Below are positions 1 through 12,534 of a stretch of 41,855 nt of DNA, piece by piece. Below the pieces are notes generated by a model, which saw only the letters and a list, made by a program, of their open reading frames with translations, did no database searches and had not been told where the DNA came from. Numbering within the stretch: the first letter of the stretch is position 1; the number at the start of each line of letters is the position of its first letter. Origin of the DNA: Nocardioides sp. (GTDB lineage Bacteria > Actinomycetota > Actinomycetes > Propionibacteriales > Nocardioidaceae); NCBI GenBank assembly GCA_025964835.1, contig JAOPYB010000305.1:1-41855 (forward strand). The letters run 5' to 3'. Position numbers and translations under genes: made by a program.

Positions 1-632
1 GCACGGAAGCCCGCAGCCGCGGTGCGATCAAGCGCCGCGACACTGGACAGGAACCGGGACATCGCGCCACGGGGACGCACTTCTAGAGCTGTGCGCAGCG
101 ACTCGTCACCATACCCGGCCCGAATCATGTGATCGAGATAGAAGGCAAGAGCCTCTGCTTCGCCCGTGAGATCCGCTAGATCGACTAGACGACCAACCTT
201 TGGCCTCCCCGTGCGAGCGCGGTTGTCGTCATGAACGTCGAGCATCGCCTGCTCGATGTCGACTGCCAGGACCGTCTCGAAGGCTCCGCCCGCGTTGACA
301 AGGTCGAAACCCAAGGACAGACCCCCGCAGCCGCTGAAGAGATCAACCACGCGGAACGGCTCAACTGGCTGCGCCGGCTCGAGGTCGCCCCACGGCGGAA
401 GAGCGGTCTCTTCGTTAGCCACCGCAGCCACAGTCGGCGTCGCAGCCTTTGGGCTATGGACTTCGCCTTGGAGCCACCGCCGATACTTCGCCGCACTGTC
501 GCTCCGAACGTAGTCGCCGGCGAGGTGCTTTCGCAGCGTTCCTGTGCCAACGCCGATGGCGGCGGACGCCATCGCTTCGGTCAGCGCGTCGGCACCGATC
601 TTGTGTCCGACTTGGATCATGAGCTCACGCAA
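1..632 (-). CDS. DNA (cytosine-5)-methyltransferase with N-terminal HTH-like region; 5' part only, runs off the left edge
   Basis: Manual translation of a stop-free minus frame absent from the ORF track: MRELMIQVGHKIGADALTEAMASAAIGVGTGTLRKHLAG...PFRVVDLFSGCGGLSLGFDLVNAGGAFETVLAVDIEQAMLDVHDDN... Motif I FxGxGG lies at ~321-344, followed by a motif II-like AVDIE. TTG at 632 has GGAGG (639-643) 6 nt upstream; alternative starts are ATG 620 and GTG 680. Motif IV (PC) is not within the window. Confidence 0.85.
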   Translation of the reverse strand, partial: MRELMIQVGHKIGADALTEAMASAAIGVGTGTLRKHLAGDYVRSDSAAKYRRWLQGEVHSPKAATPTVAAVANEETALPPWGDLEPAQPVEPFRVVDLFSGCGGLSLGFDLVNAGGAFETVLAVDIEQAMLDVHDDNRARTGRPKVGRLVDLADLTGEAEALAFYLDHMIRAGYGDESLRTALEVRPRGAMSRFLSSVAALDRTAAAGFR

Positions 633-724
633 GGGAAACCTCCGTATCTGGCGACCAGGATAGCGCCCGCTGAAGCCCACCTAGGACGACAGGCCGACAG
701 AACCACCGGGTCTAGCCTCTGGGT
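633..724. promoter_or_regulatory. Divergent promoter region for MTase and vsr
   Basis: -10-like TATCCT on minus (657-662) ahead of the MTase SD; -10-like TAGCCT on plus (713-718) 6 nt before the vsr GTG (leaderless spacing); direct repeat CGACAG at 687-692 and 695-700. Confidence 0.5.
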
Positions 725-1162
725 GTGGCGAAGAGAACTGCGTCGTGGGCTTCGAGCCCCGCTGCTCGTGCGACCATGCGTGCCAATCGGGGCCGTGATA
801 CGGGCCCCGAGTTGGCGATCCGACGAGAGTTGCACGCTCGGGGACTCCGGTACTTCGTCAATCGTCGTCCCATCGCTTCCATCCGCCGGACGGCAGACAT
901 CGTCTTTCCCCGGCTTCGCGTAGCTGTCTTCGTTGATGGATGCTTCTGGCACGGGTGTCCCGATCACCACACTCCCGCCAAGACCAACGCCCGTTTCTGG
1001 GCTGACAAGGTTGCAAGCAACCGCCAACGCGACGAAGACACCAACCAGATGCTTGAGCGCGCAGGTTGGACGGTGGTGCGAATCTGGGAACACGCCGACG
1101 TTCTTGACGCCGCAAGCGAACTGCAGGACCTGGTGTTGTCGAGGCGTAGCCGAGGCGACTGA
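725..1162 (+). CDS. vsr: Very short patch repair (Vsr) endonuclease
   Basis: Hallmark segments SWASS..RATMRANRGRDTGPE, RRTADIVF, AVFVDGCFWHGCPDH, FWADKVASNRQRD, GWTVVRIWEH; adjacent to a C5-MTase. Confidence 0.95.
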   Translation: MAKRTASWASSPAARATMRANRGRDTGPELAIRRELHARGLRYFVNRRPIASIRRTADIVFPRLRVAVFVDGCFWHGCPDHHTPAKTNARFWADKVASNRQRDEDTNQMLERAGWTVVRIWEHADVLDAASELQDLVLSRRSRGD

Positions 1163-1884
1163 CTGACTGCTTCCAACGAGATCCTGGCCAACATCCGCTG
1201 GCGACCCGCAATGCGTCGGCAACGGCCAACAGGCAGAGTTCGTGGGCGAACACAAACTCGGACATAGCCCCTCCGCAGTCCGATCATCGAGCGGCCGGAA
1301 CGGGGAAGAAAACAACTCACATGAACGCGCCAACGCTTCTCCGTCGCGAGTGACAACTTTCCTGAACACGTCGCTACCCGGAGGAATCTGCACCATGCGA
1401 TGGAGCATGCCTTTGATCACCGACATTCCCTCAAAGCGGTCAGCGATGACCAGCGATTCGATCGCGCGACCAACTACCCAGCTCACCCCGTAGGCGAACC
1501 AAGATCGCGGCTCGGTCACCGGCGACAGGCAGAGACACCGGCGTCGGCGTCGATGGATTTCGTCCAGCGCGATCAGCAGCCCCTTGAACTGGGTCGCCTT
1601 GTCGTTGTTCGCGCCCGTGCCGGGGCGAAGACGGGAGCGAGCGTCCCCTAGAGCACACAGGCGGAAGTCGGACGTCACACGATGACCATCGCGGTTCCAA
1701 CCGTGCGGCGCGAGCGATGTCGTGCCTCCTGTGGACAAGCGTCGACGGCTGTTATCACCCTTCGGAATCCCCTCCGTCGCTTAGAGCGACACTGATGCCG
1801 CGTGTCCGCGACATCGCACCCGCTTCCCCCACCAATCCCCCACAGCCCCGCACGAGCCAGCAGGGGGTTGGGCCTAAAATGAAA

Positions 1885-1912
1885 AGAAACCGCAGGCTGA
1901 CCTGCGGTTTCT
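1885..1912 (-). terminator. Intrinsic terminator downstream of tRNA-Ala
   Basis: Perfect 12-bp stem AGAAACCGCAGG-ctga-CCTGCGGTTTCT followed on minus by T-rich TTTCATTTT. Confidence 0.85.
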
Positions 1913-1914
1913 CG

Positions 1915-1990
1915 TGGTGGAGCCTAGGGGACTCGAACCCCTAACCCCCTGCTTGCAAAGCAGGTGCGCTACCAATTGCGCCAAGGCCCC
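1915..1990 (-). tRNA. tRNA-Ala(TGC), CCA encoded
   Basis: GGGGCCTTGGCGCAATTGGTAGCGCACCTGCT-TGC-AAGCAGGGGGTTAGGGGTTCGAGTCCCCTAGGCTCCACCA; 76-nt cloverleaf. Confidence 0.97.
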
Positions 1991-2012
1991 CCGGTGCGAG
2001 CTGGAGAGGGGG

Positions 2013-2138
2013 TCAGGCCTTGTCGACGTTGTCGGTGGCCTGCTGCCAGAGGGCCTGCTCGTTCTTGCCCTCGTCCAGCTTCTTCTTGGCGAGGACGGCG
2101 CCGGCCGCGGCGGCTGCTACGAGCAGGAACTTCTTCAT
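2013..2138 (-). CDS. DLW-39 family small protein (41 aa)
   Basis: [41 protein letters not shown]; SD GAGGAG; hydrophobic N-terminus and LW..ATD C-terminus; typical position between tRNA-Ile and tRNA-Ala in actinobacteria. Confidence 0.85.
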   Translation of the reverse strand: MKKFLLVAAAAAGAVLAKKKLDEGKNEQALWQQATDNVDKA

Positions 2139-2165
2139 GGCCGTCTCCTCAAGGGTGGGTGGTCG

Positions 2166-2239
2166 TGGGCCTAAGAGGACTTGAACCTCTGACCTCTTCC
2201 TTATCAGGGAAGCGCTCTAACCGTCTGAGCTATAGGCCC
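2166..2239 (-). tRNA. tRNA-Ile(GAT), CCA not encoded
   Basis: GGGCCTATAGCTCAGACGGTTAGAGCGCTTCCCT-GAT-AAGGGAAGAGGTCAGAGGTTCAAGTCCTCTTAGGCCCA, followed by CGA. Confidence 0.97.
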
Positions 2240-2330
2240 GGGAGGTGCACCCGTGCCAGATGGCCGGGTGGACCGAGAGGGAAGGCTACCCCATGCTCGG
2301 GAGCCCCCACAAAACGCGTCTGCGACCGCC

Positions 2331-3031
2331 TCAGTTGTCCTCGGCGAGCGTGACTTCGATGCCGCCGAGCAGGGCCGCGGAGAGGTTGTAGAGGAACGCG
2401 CCGAGGGTCGCGATGGCGGTGATCAGGATGACGTCGAGGACCGCGACGATCATGGTGAAGCCGAGGACGCGGGAGGTGCCGGCGTACTCCTGGATGTCGA
2501 AGTTCTTGCTGTCGTCGCCCCCGACGGCCTGCTGCACGATCGAGTTGATCGAGTCCCAGACGCCGGCCGCGCCGAGCACCGACCAGATGATCGCCACGGC
2601 GACCACGAGCACGATGCCCAGGGCGATCGAGAGCAGGAACGAGGTCTTCATCACCGACCAGGCGTCGACCTGGACCAGCCGCAACGAGGCCCGGCGCGTA
2701 CGACGGGCAGAGCCCTGCGCGGGGCGGGTCGCCTTGACGGGCTTCGGGGCCTTGGCGGGAGCCGCGGACCGAGCCGGGCGCTCGGCCTTGACCTGGGCCT
2801 TCTCCGCCTTGGCCCGGGCCTTCTCCTGCGCCTTGTCCCGGGCCCTCGCCTGGGCGCGCTGCTCCTGGGCCTTGTCGGCCTGCTCCTTCTCCCAGGCCGC
2901 CTGCTTGGCGGCCTCGGCGCGCCGGTTGGCGGCCTTCTCCTCCTCCGCGAGCTCGGGGGGAGGAGGCGGGAGGATCGGCCCACCCAAGGTCCGCCGCGGG
3001 GCGAGGGAACCGTCGTCGGGACCGTCAGGCA

Positions 3032-3032
<1 letters not shown>
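2331..3032 (-). CDS. DUF3566 membrane protein
   Basis: C-terminal RRASLRLVQVDAWSVMKTSFLLS...LYNLSAALLGGIEVTLAE; two TM segments; start overlaps the gyrA stop; conserved position. Confidence 0.9.
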
Positions 3033-5761
<2,729 letters not shown>

Positions 5762-5810
5762 GGTGCGTCCTTCTGGTTGGTTCTGGCATCAGGTCCTGGC
5801 GGTGCAGGTC

Positions 5811-7979
<2,169 letters not shown>

Positions 7980-8305
7980 TAAGGCTTCCTCTTCTGCTGT
8001 GCGTCCCCACGGTGGTCCGGGGACGAGAACTGGGTGCGTGCCGCACCGTCCGTGCAACACAATGGCCGCCTCGCGGAAGGTCGGCGACCAAGGCTCAGTC
8101 TACCCGTCAGGGCGCCACAATCACGTCCCGCGTCCGGGGAATGTGGGGATCCTGCCCCAAAATCACCCCTCAGAGGCCCGGAACCGGCCCGGACAGGCCG
8201 TCCGAGGGGGTCCGCCTACTCCCCATACCGCCCCGTGGCCGTTGAGCGCCTCTCCTGGGCACCCCGCCCGGGAGCGCGCATCGGCGCTCAGCGGGAGAGC
8301 ACGGT

Positions 8306-8866
8306 TCAGCCGTAGGTGTCTCGCGGACCGCGGCCCTTGACCCGGAGCCGGCCCTTCTTCCAGGACGGTCCCCGAGGTCCCTCGATGTCGATGACCTGCA
8401 CCGTCCCCTCGCCGAGGACCTCGTTGAGCCGGCGTACGACGTCGGGGGCCAGGAGCTTCATCTGGGTGGCCCACGCCGTGGAGTCGGTGCGTACGACGAG
8501 CCGGCCGTCGGCGAACGACTCGGGCGTGACGTGCTGACCGACGTCGCGGCCCACGATGGCCTCCCAGCGGGAGAACACGCCGTGCACCCGGAGCTCGGTC
8601 TCCCAGCCCTGCTCGCTGACGAAGCGGCCCATCGTGGTGTCCATCGTCTGCGGGTCGCGGTCGTCGGGATGGGCGCCGCTGGAGCGCCCCTCGCGGGCGG
8701 TGCGCCACCGCCGGGCCGCGTCGGTGCGGGCCGGGCTGCTGCGGGTGGACTTCTTGGGCGTCTTCCCGGCCAGGCCCCGCGCGATCGAGCGGGCCAGGTC
8801 CAGCCCCGAGTCGTCGTGCTCCTCGGCCGGCGGGGGCTTCGGCACCTCCGGCTCCTCAGGCGTCAA
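8306..8866 (-). CDS. DUF721 / DciA family protein
   Basis: W..IVG..V..H, STAWATQMKLL, GPSWKKG..RVKGRGPRDTYG; between recF and gyrB. Confidence 0.92.
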   Translation of the reverse strand: MTPEEPEVPKPPPAEEHDDSGLDLARSIARGLAGKTPKKSTRSSPARTDAARRWRTAREGRSSGAHPDDRDPQTMDTTMGRFVSEQGWETELRVHGVFSRWEAIVGRDVGQHVTPESFADGRLVVRTDSTAWATQMKLLAPDVVRRLNEVLGEGTVQVIDIEGPRGPSWKKGRLRVKGRGPRDTYG

Positions 8867-9989
8867 CGGGGGTCACCTCGCCGTTCGCCACGTCGAAGCG
8901 CCGGCCGCGCAGCCCCTCGGGGATGTCGTCGGGCACGGCCGCGGTCACCAGCACCTGCTCGGCACCCGCAACGAGGTCGGCCAGCTGGGCCCGGCGGCCG
9001 GTGTCCAGCTCGGCGAAGACGTCGTCGAGGATCAGCACCGGGTCGTCGCCGGTCGAGCGCAGCAGCTCGTAGGACGCGAGCCGCATCGCCAGGGCGAAGG
9101 ACCACGACTCGCCGTGGCTGGCGTAGCCCTTCACGGGGAACTCGCCCAGAGAGCCGAGCAGGTCGTCGCGGTGCGGCCCGACCAGGGAGACGCCACGGTC
9201 GAGCTCGTCCTTCCGGCGACGCGCGATCTCGGCGAGCATCGCCTGCTCGAGGTCCGGCTCCTCGACGGACGACAGGTCGAAGCTGGGCTTGTAGCCGAGC
9301 ACCGCGTCGTCGCGGCTCGCGCCGCGGGCGACGGCCTCGTAGGCCTTGCCGAGCAACGGGTTGAGGTCGTCGACCAGGCGGGTGCGGGAGCCCATGATCT
9401 CCGCGCCGAGCCGGGCCAGCCGCTCGTCCCAGACCTCCAGCGTCGAGAGCATCGTCTCCGCGGCCGCCCCACCGCGCACCCGGGCGGTCTTGAGCAGGGT
9501 GTTGCGCTGCTTGAGCACCCGGTCGTAGTCGGCGCGGGTGCCGGCGTACCTCGCGCCCTGGTGCAGCACCAGGAGGTCGTCGGCGAACCGGCGCCGCTCG
9601 GTCGGGTCGCCCTTGACCAGCGCCAGGTCGTCGGGTGCGAAGACCACGGTGCGCACCAGCCCGAGCAGCTCCCGGGCCCGCGGCAGCTGCGCCCGGTTGA
9701 CCCGCGCCCGGTTGGACTTGCCGGGGTTGATCTCGACCTCGAGCACCGCGCGGCGCTCGTCGCGGACCACGGCCGCGCGCACGATCGCCTGGGACGCGCC
9801 CTGGCGGACCAGGGGCAGGTCGGCCGCCACCCGGTGCGAGCTCAGCCGTGAGAGGTAGTCGATCGCCTCGACGATGTTGGTCTTGCCCTGCCCGTTGCGC
9901 CCGACGAACGAGGTCACGCCCGGCTCCAGGTCGACCTCGAGAACGGGGTAGGACCGGAAGTCGTGCAGGGACAGGTGGGCGACGTACAA
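8856..9989 (-). CDS. recF: DNA replication/repair protein RecF
   Basis: Walker A GRNGQGKTN, GPHRDDL, ASHGE, LILDDVFAELD. Confidence 0.98.
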   Translation of the reverse strand: MYVAHLSLHDFRSYPVLEVDLEPGVTSFVGRNGQGKTNIVEAIDYLSRLSSHRVAADLPLVRQGASQAIVRAAVVRDERRAVLEVEINPGKSNRARVNRAQLPRARELLGLVRTVVFAPDDLALVKGDPTERRRFADDLLVLHQGARYAGTRADYDRVLKQRNTLLKTARVRGGAAAETMLSTLEVWDERLARLGAEIMGSRTRLVDDLNPLLGKAYEAVARGASRDDAVLGYKPSFDLSSVEEPDLEQAMLAEIARRRKDELDRGVSLVGPHRDDLLGSLGEFPVKGYASHGESWSFALAMRLASYELLRSTGDDPVLILDDVFAELDTGRRAQLADLVAGAEQVLVTAAVPDDIPEGLRGRRFDVANGEVTPVDA

Positions 9990-10010
9990 GCGGGTCGGAG
10001 CTCCTGACGG

Positions 10011-10943
10011 CTACTTGTCGGCCGGCGAGTCGACGTCGCTCGTGGTGGGCGGGGTGCCGGACGGGGTCGCCCCCGTGGTGGCGTGACCGCCGAAGCCCTT
10101 GCGCATCGCGGCGACCGCCTTCATCGCGGGGCTGTCGTCCTGGCGCGAGCTGAACCGCGCGAACAGGGACGCGGCGATCACGTGCATGGGGACGGCATTG
10201 TCGATAGCGGCCTCCACGGTCCAGCGGCCCTCGCCGGAGTCCTCGGCGTAGCCGCGGATCTCGTGCAGGTCGGAGTCCTCCTTGAGCGCTGCGACCAGGA
10301 GGTCGAGCAGCCAGGACCGGATCACCGTGCCCTCGCGCCAGGAGTCGAAGACCTCGGTCACGTTGTCGACGATGTCCATCGCCTCGAGGAGCTCCCAGCC
10401 CTCGGCGTAGGCCTGCATCATGGCGTACTCGATGCCGTTGTGAACCATCTTGGCGAAGTGCCCGGCGCCCGCGGACCGGCCGGCGTGCACCATCCCGGAC
10501 TCACCCTCGGGCTTGAGCGCCTCGAAGGCGGGCATCACCTTCTCGACGTGCTCGTCGGCCCCGCCGTACATCAGCGCGTAGCCGTTCTTCAGGCCCCAGA
10601 CGCCGCCGGAGACGCCGCAGTCGACGAAGCCGATGCCCTTCTCCTCGAGCATCGCGGAGTTGAGCTGGTCGTCGGTCCAGCGGGAGTTGCCTCCGTCGAC
10701 GACGAGGTCACCCTCCCCGAGCAGGTCGCCGAGCTCCTGGATGGTCGCCTTGGTGGGGTCACCGGCCGGCACCATCACCCAGACCACCTTGGGGCTGGGG
10801 AGCTTCTCGACCAGCTCGGCGAGGTCCGCCACGTCGCTGATGTCAGGGTTGCGGTCGAAGCCGACGACCGTGTGACCGGCGTTGCGCAGGCGAGTGCGCA
10901 TGTTGCCACCCATCTTCCCGAGACCGACGAGTCCGATGTCCAT
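10011..10943 (-). CDS. gnd: 6-phosphogluconate dehydrogenase, short NAD-dependent (YqeC-like) type
   Basis: IGLVGLGKMG, VDGGNS, DCGVSGG, KMVHNGIEY, DSGEGRWT; ATG at 10943. Confidence 0.95.
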   Translation of the reverse strand: MDIGLVGLGKMGGNMRTRLRNAGHTVVGFDRNPDISDVADLAELVEKLPSPKVVWVMVPAGDPTKATIQELGDLLGEGDLVVDGGNSRWTDDQLNSAMLEEKGIGFVDCGVSGGVWGLKNGYALMYGGADEHVEKVMPAFEALKPEGESGMVHAGRSAGAGHFAKMVHNGIEYAMMQAYAEGWELLEAMDIVDNVTEVFDSWREGTVIRSWLLDLLVAALKEDSDLHEIRGYAEDSGEGRWTVEAAIDNAVPMHVIAASLFARFSSRQDDSPAMKAVAAMRKGFGGHATTGATPSGTPPTTSDVDSPADK

Positions 10944-11027
10944 GCTGGGTGTCCTTTGCAAAAGGGTGGGTTGTCATCGTGCTGGCGACAGCACGGCGCT
11001 GTCCATCGTTGGTACCCGGAAAAGAGA

Positions 11028-12191
11028 TCAGGACAGCAGTCGTCGCGGCATCAGCAGGTAGCGGAAGGCGGTGTCGGCCTCACCGTCGAGCGAGTCGACG
11101 CCCGAGAGCACGACGGGCTTCGAGGCCTGGGTGAAGGCCAGCTCCACGAAGGGCGACTCGATGGCGGTCAGGCCGTCCAGCAGGTAGGCCGGGTTGAACC
11201 CGGTGGTGATGTCGTCGCCGGTGACGTTGGCCTCCAGCGACTCACTCGCCATCGCCTCCTCGCCCGACCCCGCGTCCAGGGTCAGCACGCCGTCGGAGAA
11301 CGCCAGCTGGACCGCGGTGTTGCGCTCGGCCACCAGGGAGACCCGCTTCACCGAGTCGACGAGGCCGGCCTTGTCGACGCGGGCCACGGTGAGGTGCTCG
11401 CTGGGGAACAGCGAGCGCACCTTGGGGAAGTCGCCGTCGAGCAGCCGGGTCGTCGTACGCCGGATGCCGCCGCCGGCGTTGCCCTCGAAGCCGATGATGC
11501 CCTCCCCGGCGCCACCCGCCGATCCGGTGGACAGCGCGATGGAGATCTCGCTGCCGCCGACGAGCGCCTTGGCCGTGTCCGCGAGCACCTTGGCCGGCAC
11601 CAGGGCGGCGGAGTCGATGTCGGGAGCCGACGGGGACCAGGTCAGCTCGCGCTGGGAGAGGCGGAACCGGTCGGTGGCCAGCATCGCGATCGAGTCGCCG
11701 TCCAGCTCGAGGCGGACACCGGTCAGCACCGGCAGCATGTCGTCACGCCCGGCGGCGGTGACCGCCTGGGCCACGGCGTGGGAGAAGACCGAGCTGCTCA
11801 CGGTGCCACGGGCCTCGGGCATCTGCGGCAGGGTGGGGTAGTCCTCCACCGGCATCGTCTGCAGGCTGAACCGCGCGGACCCGCAGGTCAGCGTGACCTT
11901 GGGGCCCTCGATGCTCATCTCCACGGGCTTGTTGGGGAGGCTGCGGCAGATGTCGGCGAGCAGCCGGCCGGAGACCAGGGCCCGGCCCTCCTCGCTCACG
12001 TCCGCGTTCAGCGTGGCCCGGGCCGAGGTCTCGTAGTCGAAGGTCGAGAGCTGCAGGCCGTCGGCACCCTCGAAGCTGCCCGCCTCGATCAGCAGGCCGG
12101 CGAGGACGGGGGCGCTGGGACGGATCGGGAGCGCACGGGCCGTCCAGGCAACGGCGTCGGCGAGGACGTCACGTTCGACGCGGAACTTCAC
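11028..12191 (-). CDS. dnaN: DNA polymerase III beta clamp
   Basis: VKFRVERDVLADAVAW, ATDRFRL, FNPAYLLDGL, YLLMPRR; GTG at 12191. Confidence 0.98.
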   Translation of the reverse strand: MKFRVERDVLADAVAWTARALPIRPSAPVLAGLLIEAGSFEGADGLQLSTFDYETSARATLNADVSEEGRALVSGRLLADICRSLPNKPVEMSIEGPKVTLTCGSARFSLQTMPVEDYPTLPQMPEARGTVSSSVFSHAVAQAVTAAGRDDMLPVLTGVRLELDGDSIAMLATDRFRLSQRELTWSPSAPDIDSAALVPAKVLADTAKALVGGSEISIALSTGSAGGAGEGIIGFEGNAGGGIRRTTTRLLDGDFPKVRSLFPSEHLTVARVDKAGLVDSVKRVSLVAERNTAVQLAFSDGVLTLDAGSGEEAMASESLEANVTGDDITTGFNPAYLLDGLTAIESPFVELAFTQASKPVVLSGVDSLDGEADTAFRYLLMPRRLLS

Positions 12192-12534
12192 GGATGGTTC
12201 CTCTCCATGTGGTGCAGGTGCGGGGGTGAGCATCCTGCCACGCGGCGCGCGCTCCACAGGCTTCCGTGCCCCCGAAGATTGCGCGACGAGGAATCAATTG
12301 GGAATTCAGCAGTAGTAGTAGGGGCGGTGGATTCTGTGGACAACCCCTGTTCGTGCAGGTCACGGGCTACAAGTTGTGCCGAGCGGCCTGTGGATCCCGG
12401 TGCGGCGAACCACACGTTCCTGTGGTTTCGAGCGGCCCCTGTGAGGCTCGTCCACCGGCTGTCCACATGCGGTCCTCCGGAAGTCCACCGGAATTCGACT
12501 CTCGAACCACATCTTGCAGCGTTGTAGTTCAAGG
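12192..12534. other. Chromosomal replication origin oriC (dnaA-dnaN intergenic)
   Basis: AT-rich GAATCAATTGGGAATT (~12291-12306); trio repeats CAG CAG TAG TAG TAG (12307-12321); GC spacer; DnaA boxes GGTGGATTC (12326-12334) and perfect TGTGGACAA (12335-12343); further degenerate TGTGGA/TCCAC boxes to ~12490. Confidence 0.92.

Larger units (their letters stand above)
1..1884. mobile_element. Right end of a putative genomic island at the 3' end of tRNA-Ala
   Basis: Visibly lower GC and many A/T-ending codons versus the core genes; defence/repair cargo; abuts the tRNA 3' end. No integrase or second att copy is visible in the window. Confidence 0.55.

Noticed and set aside
617-1738. 373-aa minus ORF across vsr
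   Set aside because: Antisense to the clear vsr gene, with no coherent domain; it is in a different frame from the MTase.
1801-1815. 15-bp exact repeat CGTGTCCGCGACATC, also at 14306-14320
   Set aside because: Several GC-rich matches of this length are expected by chance in 42 kb; no flanking similarity.
10011-10943. gnd interrupting dnaN-recF
   Set aside because: A common arrangement in actinobacteria, not novel.
12405-12420. LexA-box-like CGAAC...GTTC in oriC
   Set aside because: The spacer is 5 nt rather than 4 and the flanks do not match.
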